Shown here: positions 1 through 14,166 of the stretch, one piece after another | Layout: the number at the start of each line of letters is the position of its first letter | Position numbering within the stretch: position 1 is the stretch's first letter | DNA from: Octopus sinensis | Lineage: Eukaryota | DNA length: 64,000 nucleotides | Assembly (NCBI RefSeq): GCF_006345805.1 | Contig: NC_042997.1 | Location: 63,922,001 to 63,986,000 of the forward strand | Direction of reading: 5' to 3' | The notes under the pieces: model-generated | The model's input: the letters and a program-made list of their open reading frames with translations, nothing else | Told to the model about the DNA's origin: nothing | Databases searched by the model: none | Program-made: the position numbers and the translations under genes

Positions 1-369
1 ACCAGTTAACAATATTGAAACTGTAAGTCACGACTGGTATAGCTAATGCATTGATTGCTTCGATCCTGTTTCTTGCATTCAGCTCTGTCTTGAGTATTGC
101 TCTCACTCTTCGATAGCATTCTCTCCTGATCCTTTCCTTCATCTCTGAATGCCTAATTCCGTTCCCTTCAATTACCCCTAGGTACTTGTAGCTCTCCGCT
201 GGGTCTAGTTCTTTTATGACATTCTGTTGGTCAAGGTTAACGTTAGATGTTTCTGTCATTTTTCCTTTGATAAAGGTAGCCTTTGCACATTTATCGAGGC
301 CGAATTGCATTCTGATGTCGTCACTGAATTGTTTGACTATCGCTAGTAAGCCCTTGAGTTGTTGATCAC

Positions 370-370
<1 letters not shown>
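1..370 (-). mobile_element. 5'-truncated R4/Dong-clade LINE, RT C-terminal/thumb region, continuing beyond the window's left edge
   Basis: The minus strand reads without a stop: SDQQLKGLLAIVKQFSDDIRMQFGLDKCAK...ESYKYLGVIEG...RAILKTELNARNRIEAINALAIPVVTYSFNIVNW. Clear nucleotide similarity to 59510-59860. The 5' junction abuts (TAA)n. Confidence 0.9.
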
Positions 371-424
<54 letters not shown>

Positions 425-446
425 TTTATTTTTATTTTTATTATTA

Positions 447-514
<68 letters not shown>

Positions 515-518
515 TTAA

Positions 519-559
<41 letters not shown>

Positions 560-582
560 TTAATTTTTATTATTATATTATT

Positions 583-633
<51 letters not shown>

Positions 634-635
634 TA

Positions 636-682
<47 letters not shown>

Positions 683-742
683 TTATAACTATTATTATTA
701 TTATTTTTATTATTATTATTATATTATTATTATTATTTTTTA

Positions 743-785
<43 letters not shown>

Positions 786-938
786 TTTTATTTTTATTAT
801 TATTATTATTATTATTTATTATTATTTTTAGCATTATTATTATTTTTATTATTATTATTATTATTTTTTATTATTATTATTATTATTATTATTTTTATTT
901 TTATCATTATTATTATTATTATTATTATTATTTTTACT

Positions 939-969
<31 letters not shown>

Positions 970-1080
970 TTTTTATTATTATTATTTATTATTATTATAT
1001 TTATTATTATTATTATTATTATTTATTATTATTATTATTATTATTTTATTATTATTATTATTTTATTATTATTATTATTA

Positions 1081-1124
<44 letters not shown>

Positions 1125-1137
1125 TATTATTATTATT
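371..1137. repeat. (ATT)n/(TAA)n microsatellite, imperfect
   Basis: Read directly from the sequence. Confidence 0.98.
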
Positions 1138-1352
1138 CAGTAGTTTTATTTTTATAGCGTGCTTTCACTTCACTACCGAGCGCAGCTCTGTGTGCCTTGG
1201 GTATGTGCTGTGATTTGTTGTGATGCTCTGATGGTTATTGTATGGAAAGTGTTCTGCGTAGGATGTGTGCAGTGCCTAGTAGTGCAATTTTCTGTATGTT
1301 ATATGTGTTTGTAAGTCCTGCTGGTGTTTTTGTTATGTATTTGTCTGAATAT
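1138..1352 (-). mobile_element. 3' end (REL endonuclease C-terminus + 3' UTR) of a severely 5'-truncated R4/Dong LINE
   Basis: The minus strand ends ...NTYNIQKIALLGTAHILRRTLSIQ*, the typical C-terminus of R4/Dong ORFs. TAA tracts lie on both sides. Confidence 0.85.
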
Positions 1353-1368
1353 TTTTTTTTTATTATTA

Positions 1369-1430
<62 letters not shown>

Positions 1431-1440
1431 CATTATTATC

Positions 1441-1514
<74 letters not shown>

Positions 1515-1558
1515 CATTATTATTATTATTATTATTATTATCATTATTATTATTATTA

Positions 1559-1590
<32 letters not shown>

Positions 1591-1598
1591 CATTATTA

Positions 1599-1654
<56 letters not shown>

Positions 1655-1690
1655 ATTATTATTATTATTATCATTATTATTATTATTAAG
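1353..1690. repeat. (ATT)n/(AGT)n microsatellite
   Basis: Read directly from the sequence. Confidence 0.97.
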
Positions 1691-1889
1691 TCATTTGTAT
1701 TTTGGTATGAGTGTACTTGTTTGCCTCTTGCGCTATCTGTATTTCATTGGTTTACCGCGTGCGTTTTTCAAGGAATTATACATTTGTTTTCCGTGCTGCT
1801 TCACAAGAACATGTCCAAAATGCAAAGAGAAAGTCTGTTTAAATACTTTCGTACGCTTTGCGTAGGATATGGTGCTACTGCCGACACTC

Positions 1890-2760
1890 ATTATGAGGAA
1901 GTTGCTACTGCTGATGTTGTTGTCCAAGATGACGGTGAGGAATATCATGATATCAACGATGATGACAAAGATGATGTTGATAATGATGATGATGACAAAG
2001 ATGATGTTGATAATGATGATGATGACGACAACGATGACAACGATGAGTTGGAGGCGTATGCTGGTGGTAATTGTTTTCTTGTATGTATTGCAAGGAGCGC
2101 AATGATCACCAGCATCATACCATCACTAATAATCCAATAATTATTAACACCATCATGCTAACATAGTTACTATCATAACCACCACAATCGCCATCAGTAC
2201 TATCACCACTTTTACTACCACCATCACTAATACATATTTCTATCTCCAATTCTTGATTACCATCGTTACTACAAATACTGCTAATAGTGTTACCTTACTA
2301 TTACTATCAGTACTATTACTACAATTAACCATACCGCTAATACAGGTTATCATTACTATTGAAGCAACTATTTTCACTACTACTAGTACTATAAATTCTA
2401 CTATCATCAACGATGACTACTAACAGAATTGACATTGTCAACATATTACCAGTATCGTTATCAACACCATCAAAACACCACTACCACTTATTCCATTATC
2501 TCCACAACCGTCACCTTTCCCCCCTCGGCCCTCATCAACTACCACATCAGCCATTACTCCCATCGTTACCTCCTTCAACCATTACCATGAAACTCACCAT
2601 CATTACTATTATAATCTCCAGTTTTAATACCACACCTAACTACTTCATCACCATTGACAACATCACTGCTAGCATCATTCTTATTATCAACACTATCAGT
2701 GCAACTACTATCCCTACCACTACCACTACTACCATCGCCATCCACAGTGACAGCATCAAA
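1890..2760. repeat. Decayed trinucleotide low-complexity tract (GAT-rich, then ACT/ACC/ATC-rich)
   Basis: Cryptic triplet periodicity; it explains the D-rich and T/I-rich pseudo-ORFs here. Confidence 0.75.
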
Positions 2761-5700
2761 TTACCAAATTCACAAGATCAACAGAAGCATAGGCATACAT
2801 GATTTCCTTTATAATCGAAACTCACCAAACAGAAAATGACAACACGTTGAGAGATTCATCATGCATCATTCATTAACTGGCCTGGAGTTAATTACTATGG
2901 TGTTTGAGACATGCTCATTGAAGATTGTTTTTATTTGTTATTAACTGTGACTATTGATACAAGCAGCTTAGGGGATATCAACACTCATATAACGTTTATG
3001 TAATCGATGTGAGAGTAACCAGCTCATATTATTACAGAAAAGCTATCAACAATAATTCATGGCTAACGCTATAAAATAAGCGATAGGACCCCGGGCATAT
3101 CGAGTCAATGATGCAGTTTTAATTTCTAACTAAAATCATTTCATATAGCTCTGTTCCTTCTGGGAAAACATAACTAAACAAGATAACCTCTATATTGTGG
3201 CTGGACCAGCTAAAAATAGCAGTAAATTCTTTCAGATCTCAAAACTACACATCAAGTAAAAATATTACATTACGTATGACCATTACTTTATAGATATAAT
3301 ATACAGGAACAAAAGACGGAATATTTGTAGCCTGAATACCTTCGATTATATCAGAGCTGATTTGAAAAAAAATAGCTACAGAACTACTTGAATCATACAT
3401 GAAACTTGCCTAGTAATAAAATAACGTGGAATACCATGCATCATTATGATATGAATATCTCCGTACATTTAGCCAATGGAATACATCAAGCTAAAGGTTA
3501 ATCAGAGTGACTGTTGGCAGTCACTGGTGACAATCGTAAATGGAAAGGCAGTTGGAGAGAAGCATAGGCAATGAGAGGGGAATAAATAAGTCGAGAAGGT
3601 AGCGACGTGCTTTTCTTGCTATACTAGATGTATTGGCAACTGCAAATGAAGGCGTTTGCTAGCAACATATTTTAAGTAATATTCATTGAATTATTCAGAA
3701 ATTTAAATCAACAAAATTCATCATCTATATATACTCGTGTTAGTAAGCAAGTTTATAGCTCCGGATACATCTTATGCTTTAGTATTATTAGATATTATTA
3801 GCTCTACACAAACTCTCAAAATCAGGTTTGATCAACGGACAGAGCTTTTTCCAAATAGAAATCGTATGACTACGGATTTTGACTCTTAGAATTTGTTTCA
3901 TTAAAAACATAAACTAATGGAAACACATCAAATGGATGACGCCGTAAAGTTATACAATTTTGGCTGTTTGTGGTGATTTACCGAATGAGGTGCACAAACT
4001 ATTCTAAATGAAATAAAATTTGTCTCGAAGCTTGATTAGAAAACAAAATCGTGGCGGCAAATTTTAGCAATACTCAAATTAAAGAAATTAAGGATTAACT
4101 TCGCAGAAAATTTAAATTTTAGATGTTTAGATGAAAAAAATATAATATTTGACATTTTTTATTTTCTCTCTGTCAAATTTGATTTTCATAGTTCTTTTTT
4201 TTTTCTGTTTGTAAGACAAATACGTGTTCAAACAGAAACCATAAGAAAGCTATGTCCCGATGAGGAAGCTTAAAAAAGCTCAATCATTGTCCCGCTAAGT
4301 ATGCACTCACAGATCTATGCGAAATTCTTCGGTGCTTTCACTAGAGTTAGTTTGTTGTGGGTTTCATACACGATTTTCTAATTTATGAAGGATAGCGGGG
4401 AAATGATTTGGACACTCCAGAAAGATCAGCTTATTAAATAATATGGCAAAGGTATGTGGGAGCAACTTTGTTTCAAAGGACAAATTTTCGGTAAATAAAT
4501 ATTCGTTGTTGTCGTTGAGTGGTTTCATTTGCCTCTGGTTTGGTGTGGTGGATGCCAGAAAAACTGTAGTTCTTATGACGGTCACTTTGCTACACGGAGG
4601 GCCAAAAATCACCAACGGTTTATGGTAGCTCCTCGGCACCACTGGAAACGTCGTATTTTAGAAAGCTCCGAAATCGTTGTGATGTTCAGTTAACTTACGG
4701 CGTTGTGAGTTTCCTGTTAGTTGTATTTAAATCATTCTTGTTTGTACGTGTGAGATATAAACATCAATGGAACTAATACGGCAAAGGGAACAATAATTTG
4801 CACCTTAATATAGGCGCTATTATATTCTGCTGAGTAAGTTTGAATATCAAATGCACCCAAACCGATGATCCAATGCAGAGTAAGACCATATCAGCGTAAG
4901 AAATTCGGGTTCAAAACTAAACTGAAAAAATTGTAAAAGTTTGCTAGGTCATCGATCTAGAAACACTCAAATGTCGCACGAGTTCCAATTGTATTATGAC
5001 AGCATGAGAGTCTAGCCAACTAAATAATGCAATTCAGAAAAGGATGTAATTTCCTGGATGGCAGAGTCACTATACTAGTCTCTACTACCACATGGATCAA
5101 TATCCAATGAATAATATTTAATTGGTTGTGCATACAATATCAATAAAGTCTAGTTCCAGCTGTCTTAAGGCCAGTGAATCTCCCGTTACCCATTCGGTTA
5201 AATAGTGTGTTCTTCTCAAACTAGGCCCCAAATGTGTAATGGAGAGTTGTAGTGAATTTCCTGTCTACCACGTACGTCTCTGGCAGGTATATTTTCGATG
5301 AAAGAGAACATGAGTTTCTGTGAAGAACATCATTCATCTAGCTATAGTGTATTTTTTCTCACTCACAGTATTTTCTATACACCTCCAAGTATTGGGAATA
5401 AAATGTCTTCATAAACAATTTTACTGATTGTGTTGATGTGTTCCATATATTATTGGTTTCTATAATAAAAATTGAGATTTTGAAAGTCAGTAGTATTCGC
5501 TAAACAAGCACCAATTAAACGAAATTGTACACTTAAAAACACTTTTCACACTATTTTTGTGTTAGGTACGTTATGATATTAGTTTGGTCAAAAACATTGC
5601 TCAAATGACCCAAACAGAAGTCTTTATATGGTTCCTTGTCCTGCAAGAGATAGCAACCAAATATCTCCCAAACTACATCCTAGCAGCTAAAGAAAGTGCA

Positions 5701-7119
5701 CAGTGGCTAATGTCCGCTGGCTACACTACTATTGAATGTAGTGATCAGAGCCTGGTTGCCTTTCAGCCTAGATCTACTCGATTACAACTATTTTCATACA
5801 CTGATACAAGATGTGCAGATTAGTTCATTCAGATATTAATGTACCATTTACGATTCAGGAAAGAAATATCTACTAATACCATTAGCTCTTATATGTTATC
5901 ATTTCAGTCTCGAAACCAGCTGTCAAAACATTATCACAAATCAATTATAGTAAGTCGACATGGGCTATGATTACCGAGTAGACACGCAGAAAAAAAGCTT
6001 TTAGTCAGCTATGAGAAAAGAAGATAAACAAAGCAACAACAACAACAACAACAACAAAAAGCATAAAACAAATTTACTCAAGACGTAGTGTGGTTGGATT
6101 GAACCAGAAATTATAAAGTTGGGAAAAAGACTTCTAAATGTGTGTCCTCATACGGACATATGGCCATACTAAGGTCTGCGAGTGCTTCTCGGCAGCTTGG
6201 TATAAGGATCGAACTGTAATTCGATGATTTATACAAATTCACACAAATCTCCCGCCGATTGTCGGAAGTCTACTTTATAAAAGATATATGTATCAAGATA
6301 TAAATTCATTAGCACACTGACATATGCTTGAAGGTTTGTCAATAATATATCGTCTAGCCTTCAAGTGCCATTACATTGTCGGTTATGAATAAATAAATAT
6401 GTGTAAGTCGATTATACGTATTTGTTTTCGCTATGAGAAACACCCTAACCTTTCAACAAATTTGGGTGAGTTCGAAGCGACCAGTTCCATTGTCCATTTA
6501 TGTGATTATAGTAATTTCTCAGATATGTGATCAGAAATAAAATGTGAATTATGCAGGTAGCTTGTGGAGAGACCTCTACTTGTCAGAGCTTAGTAAGGTG
6601 CGGTCTTAAAGAAGAATTAGCAATTGCTTCTTTGGGTTGTAGGCATAATCGTTGAGCATAAACCTAAGCCCTGACCAGTTTTAAACCATCAGCCGCACTT
6701 AACAACTCTCGGTATTAATAATGCCTTTGTTGCTAATATTTGTTTTTAATGAATTGACTGGCAAAGCCCAACACCAGCGCCTGTTCTGGCAATCTATATA
6801 TCATTGGCGGGGAGATGAATCACTGCTGCCTCTAACAGTCGCGTGTCAATCATTGGAAAAGACCGAAGTCGAAATCACGTGAACAGGTGGTTTCAGACCT
6901 GGAGGTGGCGTGGATTATCTCCCTGTTAGCATTATAAACAGGAGAGGTTTCTCTCGCGGTAAATATCGCAGTAGAGATTGTTCGAATAGAACATCCACGT
7001 TTAAGTGAGAACAAATTTTACTGCTTTTACCAGAGTCCACTATATTACAATCAGTTGAGCCAGGGCACTGGTTTGAGAATATTTTACTCTTACCTTGGTG
7101 CTTTGTTGGCAAATTATTA

Positions 7120-7258
7120 CAGTTAATACCAGTGCGTAACTGGTACTTATTTAATCGACCCCGAAAGGATGAAAAGCAAAGTCGACCTCGGCGAAATTTG
7201 AACTCAGAACGTAGCGGCAGACGAAATACCGCTAAAAATTTCGCCCGGCGTGCTAGAG
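7120..7258 (-). mobile_element. tRNA-derived SINE, family B (partial)
   Basis: Reverse complement of the ...gagttcaaatttcgccgaggtcgactttgcttttcatcctttcggggtcgat... motif shared with 8667, 29953, 30385 and 53410. Confidence 0.85.
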
Positions 7259-7389
7259 ATTTACAGATGCTTACATTTTTTTAATATTTTCCGTGAATTT
7301 TTCACAGGTCTGGCTAGTATATATGTATATGCATATATATCTTTTATGGATATATATGTATATGTATATGCATATATATTTTTATGGAC

Positions 7390-7436
<47 letters not shown>

Positions 7437-7895
7437 CGTGTGTGTGTGTATATGAGACTATATATCCTATATTAACCTGTCAATTTTTATATGTAGGTGT
7501 ATGAGAATATACTTATGTATGTATATGAGTATATACACTGAAATTAACACATAATCGCATGCATCCACGTAATAAAACAAATATTGCTTTGTACATATTT
7601 GAGCCAAGTTGGATATCATAATGTGTACATATTCAATGATGTCCAATTCTCTTCTTGAGACAAAAGCAGCTTCGATGAATTCGATAAAGTAAATATATTG
7701 CAAATGTTATTCATGATTGAATGTAATCTCAAAACACATAATGTGCTCATGTACGCATGCACTCAAACACATAATCATACCAAGATAAGCACACACAGAC
7801 AAACACCTTCACGCACACACATATGATGTTATCATATTAGTACATCTGTTATTTTATACTTTCTGTATAGCACATGATTAGATGCAAACCTATCA

Positions 7896-7956
<61 letters not shown>

Positions 7957-8020
7957 CACGTCTTTCGGTATATAAATATAAATAAAGATGATGTTTATAT
8001 ATACGTCTATATATATATGC

Positions 8021-8058
<38 letters not shown>

Positions 8059-8080
8059 TATATATTATATATATATATGC

Positions 8081-8149
<69 letters not shown>

Positions 8150-8153
8150 ATAC

Positions 8154-8186
<33 letters not shown>

Positions 8187-8666
8187 TAAGAGAAATCTGA
8201 AGTTAGTTTTAAACTTTTAAACCAATCATTCGCTTTCTTTCCCTCGTGAAACATTTCAACTGAATTGACAACGATATCACTGAATTAGGAAAGAAACAAA
8301 GAGTAATCGAACATGAAATAACACCAATGATAACTTTATTAACGGTGTTTACGCCTACAGAAAAAAAGAACAAACAAAATACTCGAAGAAAAGTAGATGA
8401 AAACGGTATTTCATGAAAAACCATTGAAATATAGAATTTACACAACATAGATAGAAAATTATAAATATGTTACGAGAAAAACTATCAATGTTAAATAATT
8501 ATCCACACACTCAAATACGACGAATATGAATATTTGCGCAGAAAATACGTCCATCCGTATGAATTTTGAACGTTTTAAGTGACCATATCATCTTCTTTAT
8601 GAGTAATTATGGATGAAGTGTTCAATTTAGCAGGGAAGATTCTAATATAAAGTTTATCCCCCATAA

Positions 8667-8875
8667 GATGGTGAGCTGGCAGTATCTGTAGCACGCCGCG
8701 CGAAATTTAAACTCAGAAGTCTTTACCTTCCGAGTTCAAATTACGCTGGGGTTGACTTTGTTTTTCATCCTTTCGGGTCGCTAAAATAAGTTCCAGTTGC
8801 ACACTGAGGTCAATATAATTGTCTTAGCCCCTACTCCGAAAATACTGGTTTTGTATCAAAACCTGAAACCAATAT
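8667..8875 (+). mobile_element. tRNA-derived SINE, family B
   Basis: Head ggtgagctggcag, B-box-like gagttcaaat, shared body gttgactttgtttttcatcctttcgggtcg. Confidence 0.8.
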
Positions 8876-10069
8876 TAAAGGTCCCCCTCTCTGCCACCAT
8901 TTTTTAAAATTCATGGATAGACTTGGTCGGTTAGTGAAAACATTTCTGTACAGTGTTATTTTATTATCTGCTAAATCTGTTTCGCTAAATGACGCATGAA
9001 TAATTATATAAAATTTGTGATTTTTTTCCGATTGGAAAGTTTTCGATCATACATTGTCTGCAACGGAGCGGACACAATGAAAGATATGAAATACACTCTC
9101 TACTTCTCTCTCAGTCTCCTTTCTCCCTGCTCCCCTGTCCCATGCACCCATCTCTTTCTTTCTTTCTCTCATTCTTTCTCTCTCTCTCTCTCTCTCTGTT
9201 TATCTCTCTCTCTCTATCTCTCACACACTCATATGCCCACACAAACACGTATGTATAGTTTTCGTGGTTGAAATACTTTTGGTCAAATGTCTAATGTTCA
9301 CCGTTAACTCGAATCTATAACTTCCCAAATGGCTAGAAATAGGTTCTATGTATCACATAATCCAATCAATCAAATCACTTTCAAATATTCAATGTATAAA
9401 GCCATTTCTCACACTTATTGCTAAAGGGTAAAATTTATTTTCTCGGTAAATCATTGACAAAATATTACTACAACATGCTCTTAATTAACTCCCTTCATAT
9501 TTCATTACAATATGAAATTAAATTATGTTTTATCATCTCTTCATATATTTTGATTGTTTGAATACATGTGTACGAAGCAGCTGACATAATTCTATATTTA
9601 TTTCCCCAATTGAGAAGTATTCCTCTCAACAAGTTCTCTATATTTACCAAAAACAGCAGCAAAACCGCAATATTAACAGCCTCTGTTTCTCACTCACATT
9701 CTCATAATTATTGATTGCATTCTTCTAAATATATGATCTCACAGGCACATTAAAAATTTTGATTTCTTTTTTTGAAATATATCTCTTTAGGCAATACTTT
9801 TCAATTAAATAAATGTTACAATTCTTTTCCAAATATTGAACCATCGAGCATTTTCCTTTTTCTATTTCAATTGTCCATCCTTTAGCAAATTAAATTTCAA
9901 TTTAATAGCACATTTCATTCCAATTCAGTCAATGGTATATTCAGTTTTTAAAACAAGATTTTATAAATAGCACCTTTATTTCAAAATAAAGAAAAAGTAA
10001 TAATGAACTCATTAATATACAGTACAGGAGGTGCACTAAAATTGGATGTACCTTCATGCATTTATATTT

Positions 10070-10250
10070 AAGACTTAGCGGCATTTTGTCCGTCTTTACG
10101 TTTTCAGTTCAAATTTTGCCGAGGTCAAATTTGCCCTTCCTCCTCTCGGAATCAATAAAATAAATGCCAGTTGAGCACTGTTGATCAGTGTATTTGGTTT
10201 ATCCACTCTCCGAAATTACTAGTCATGTACCAAACTTTGAAATCTATATT
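10070..10250 (+). mobile_element. tRNA-derived SINE, family B (degenerate)
   Basis: cttagcggcattttgtcc...agttcaaattttgccgaggtcaaatttgcccttcc matches the other family B copies. Confidence 0.7.
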
Positions 10251-12867
10251 TAAATTCTGTGCGCTAAACGAAAGCTTCTAATAATTTTTGTCTTCGATTT
10301 ATCACGCTATGGCAGTCAAATTCTAAATGATCACTTCACGACATCAAGCAGAAGATGATGGGGCATTAAACCTACGAATCCTCTATAGCTCCCAGCTTTT
10401 TTCTTGACTTCGATTTTCTTCAAGCTCAACTGTGTGATTTCGGTTACCTCGTTAAACGCCCTAATTTCGTCTTATTGCCACTGCATCAATCTTTTCCCTG
10501 TGTGGTGTAACCTACTCGTACTTCCTCAATACGATACTGTTTTTATTGTTATTCTATGAGGCGACTCATGTCGTTACCCCTCAAGTACCTGAGCCCTTCA
10601 TGTGTTTTGCGGAAGTACGGGAGTAATAACTAGATAATATCTCCCTTTCCTGTTTGCGCTCCTCACTCTCAATTGGATTGTGCACAAACTTATAAATACT
10701 TATTTATTAAGCCTTTTTATGCTCAAATTTACTGTATTATGGATATCACAACTCTAGGTGATGTATTTCAAATGCTTGTAGCATAGTGGACTCAACTGTA
10801 TAATTTGTCTTGGTTATGGTATATAACTTAACCTAGTGATGTATTAGTTCTCTCACGAAAGAACAGATGTACATTCTACGTATCCAATTTTACTAAAAAG
10901 CTTAGTGTCGATCAAAGATTATAATAAAATAGTGCCTAATGTGTAGAATTCATAACATGATTTCAACTACAACGTCATAACAATTCTAATGTTTGCTCTA
11001 CACAATTCCAAAGCACATTCGTCAAAAGTGCCCTAGGTGTGCACACCCACATTTATTCATTATTCATATACGTATGAATAATACATGTAGAAATTTCTGT
11101 ATAATTATCTGTTGTGATGTTTATATTATCTCCTGTTAACTCAGGTAAATAACATCGAGAATTTTCAAATGTTTCCTACATATTGACTGATTCATTATAT
11201 ATGTACGGGGCAAGACATATTTATTTTATTCTTCGGGATCAAAATATATCTACGACGAATGAATAAATAATTTTGTTGGTTTCCAAACGAAGAGTACATG
11301 GTGAGCTTAGATAGTAAGCTCATGGTTATTTTCTAATTGGTGAATGCCTTCTATCGATTTTTGCTTTTTCTCATACAAATATCGTTGCATTTTAAATGAG
11401 CTGAATGACAGCGAGATGTCTGCACAACTTTTGTACTCTCGTTTGAAAAATGATGTTTATTAGTACAGTAAAATCACACAATATTAACATGAATTAAATG
11501 AACCACAACACTACTGACTTCCTGTAACGTAAATGCCTAAGAAAAATCTATTATTACTACAGAAACCAGTAAATTGATACAGGAAGTAGAACATTGCATG
11601 GAAGTGAGTCCGGGTATGGTTTCAATTCAATTCATCTTAATATGTTTCTATTTCTACATTAGCAGATAAACAATATAAGTGAATTAAATATACTGAACTC
11701 AGTTCAAGCGTTTGTGTATCAAACATGACTTGAATCTTTTACAACTCAATTTATTTCAATCTCAAACTCTATTGCCTCATATTTATCGACCATGAAAATG
11801 AACCGTGCACCATTGGAACGTGGTTCTATTGAAACAGATTTCTTCTAATGAAAACAAAATGTCTAAACATGATGTTTATAATGGAATATTGTCGTAGAAA
11901 GGTTATTTTTGTTTTGGGAACATTTAATCTATGTTAAGTGCTAAAGAACAGCTACAACTTTTAATGCAAGACAAGTACATAAAACTATAGCTTATTAGTA
12001 ACATTTGTAGCTGTTTGAATACAAACAAACTACACATAGACCATTTGCTTATGCGCATATGGTGTTATTAGAGCTGAAGCTAATATTTGTGAAGGAGAAT
12101 ACTTAATAATGTAAAATCGAATCTGCCACGACGTGCCCGGTATGAAGGTAAATTGAAACACTTCAATATCTGCCCCGAATAGTGTTTATAGTTAATATTC
12201 ATGGCATCAATATCTGACTTTATATTAGAAAGTGAACAATTGCAAATATGAAAGTTTTCGAGTAAACATCAGCTTCATGTACTTTCTCCAAATTTAATTT
12301 TCCGTACACGTATGTTCAGTTTTATGCCATACTATTCATTTAATCTTTCATTTGTTGCTGTTATGGGATTGCGATCATTCTAGAAAGTTCCTCTTAAAGG
12401 CTTTAGTCAATCACATTAACCCCAGTTTGGTAATTTATTTTACTCTCACAATTAATGACTCTTCTAATTTATGTGACACGAACACAGATATTGTTGTTTC
12501 AATATCAAATGTAATGACATTAACAGACAAACATACATGCACAGACAAACATAGACATAAACACACACACATATAAGCACATCTACACACACACATTGAA
12601 ACGCATAAATAAAAGTATTTCCATACGTTCCATCAACAAGATGTAACAAGAGACATTTGCTTTGAACAATAGATTTATGTTTTAAACCTGTAATCCATAC
12701 AAACTTCAAAGTAACAACCGACATGAAGTGTTATAGTGGAATGCACCATTACGTAGGTTTCTACGGTTTATTTCTACATTCGCTTTGAGGCAAATGTGTG
12801 TATATATATATATATATATATATGCATATCTGTATACATGCATATGTGTGTGTTTGTGTGTGTGTAT

Positions 12868-12995
12868 GGTGACCGCAATACATCAAAGTTTCAATAACGT
12901 TGACAACCACATGAAATTTGAAATTGAATACCCGGACGAGACCTGACCCTCACTTTGTTGGATTTTCAGATTAAAACCTCAAAGGAGGGTTCCAT

Positions 12996-13068
<73 letters not shown>

Positions 13069-13078
13069 CATATATATA

Positions 13079-13128
<50 letters not shown>

Positions 13129-13135
13129 TATATAC

Positions 13136-13171
<36 letters not shown>

Positions 13172-13172
13172 T

Positions 13173-13260
<88 letters not shown>

Positions 13261-13910
13261 TATATATATATATATATAACTTTTATGGAAAAGCAGACCA
13301 TAGAAATCTGTTAGCACACTGCGTATCAGGTCTGCCCAGTAGAGACAAAACTACATACGCGCCAAATGAGATCACAGGTATAGGAGACAGATGCAGTGAG
13401 GCAACAGACAAAGCTACCAACACCAAGTGGTTTCGAAGAACTTAGCACACAATGGCTATTCGCTATCTGTAAATAGACGACTGCATCTGTGAAACACCGA
13501 AGTGGGTATACCACACAAGAAGGTCTACAACTCCAAGTCGGAAGACTGCTCTACTTCGACTGCAGAACAACAGCAGCTATTCCTCATGTGATCTTCAGGG
13601 AGGGACACAACATACAGATGGTGCAGTCCGGAGCACCACAAGGAAAATGCACATCCGTATAAAACAATACATGCACACAGAATAATAATGAAATTCTCAA
13701 AGAAGTGCCAAACCCAGAATTTTAAAGTTTATATCAGGGCAACCCAACGCAACAGGGCAATCTCAAAAGCATAGAGGGCCCTCTTACAAAGAAACTGAAA
13801 GCAGCTATTAACAACAGGAAAGAGTTACATGAAGCAGACTGATTGCTATAGCAACACCAGCTGCACATGTCACCTTCCTCCTATTTCTCGCTCCCTCACA
13901 AACACATCTG
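12868..13910 (+). mobile_element. Degenerate Penelope-like element fragment (RT C-terminus, thumb, GIY-YIG), split by a (TA)n tract at 12997-13278
   Basis: Frameshifted translation: [28 protein letters not shown], then (TA)n, then [41 protein letters not shown] ... GSTTRKMHIRIKQY ... IEGPLTKKLKAAINNRKEL. Confidence 0.7.
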
Positions 13911-13950
13911 AGCAACGACTTTTTCCAACTACCGCTTTATTTATTTACAT

Positions 13951-13952
13951 TG

Positions 13953-14009
<57 letters not shown>

Positions 14010-14042
14010 GATAGATAGATAGATAGAAAGATAGATAAATAG

Positions 14043-14073
<31 letters not shown>

Positions 14074-14087
14074 GATAGATAGATAGG

Positions 14088-14137
<50 letters not shown>

Positions 14138-14166
14138 TATAGATAGATAGATAGATAGATAGATAG
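13951..14166. repeat. (GATA)n microsatellite
   Basis: Read directly; similar tracts occur at 15610-15720 and 24985-25250. Confidence 0.97.

Noticed and set aside
359-2839. Poly-I/L/Y/N, D-rich and T-rich ORFs
   Set aside because: They are trinucleotide microsatellite translations with no domain or splice support.
4364-4642. 92-aa ORF and other short non-repeat ORFs (5584-5823, 6915-7112, 49270-49485) as host exons
   Set aside because: No recognisable domain or coherent exon chain. Small exons cannot be excluded without RNA-seq.
5150-5420. Possible Gypsy integrase remnant on the minus strand (similar weak hint at 36480-36720)
   Set aside because: Similarity is too faint to distinguish from chance by eye.
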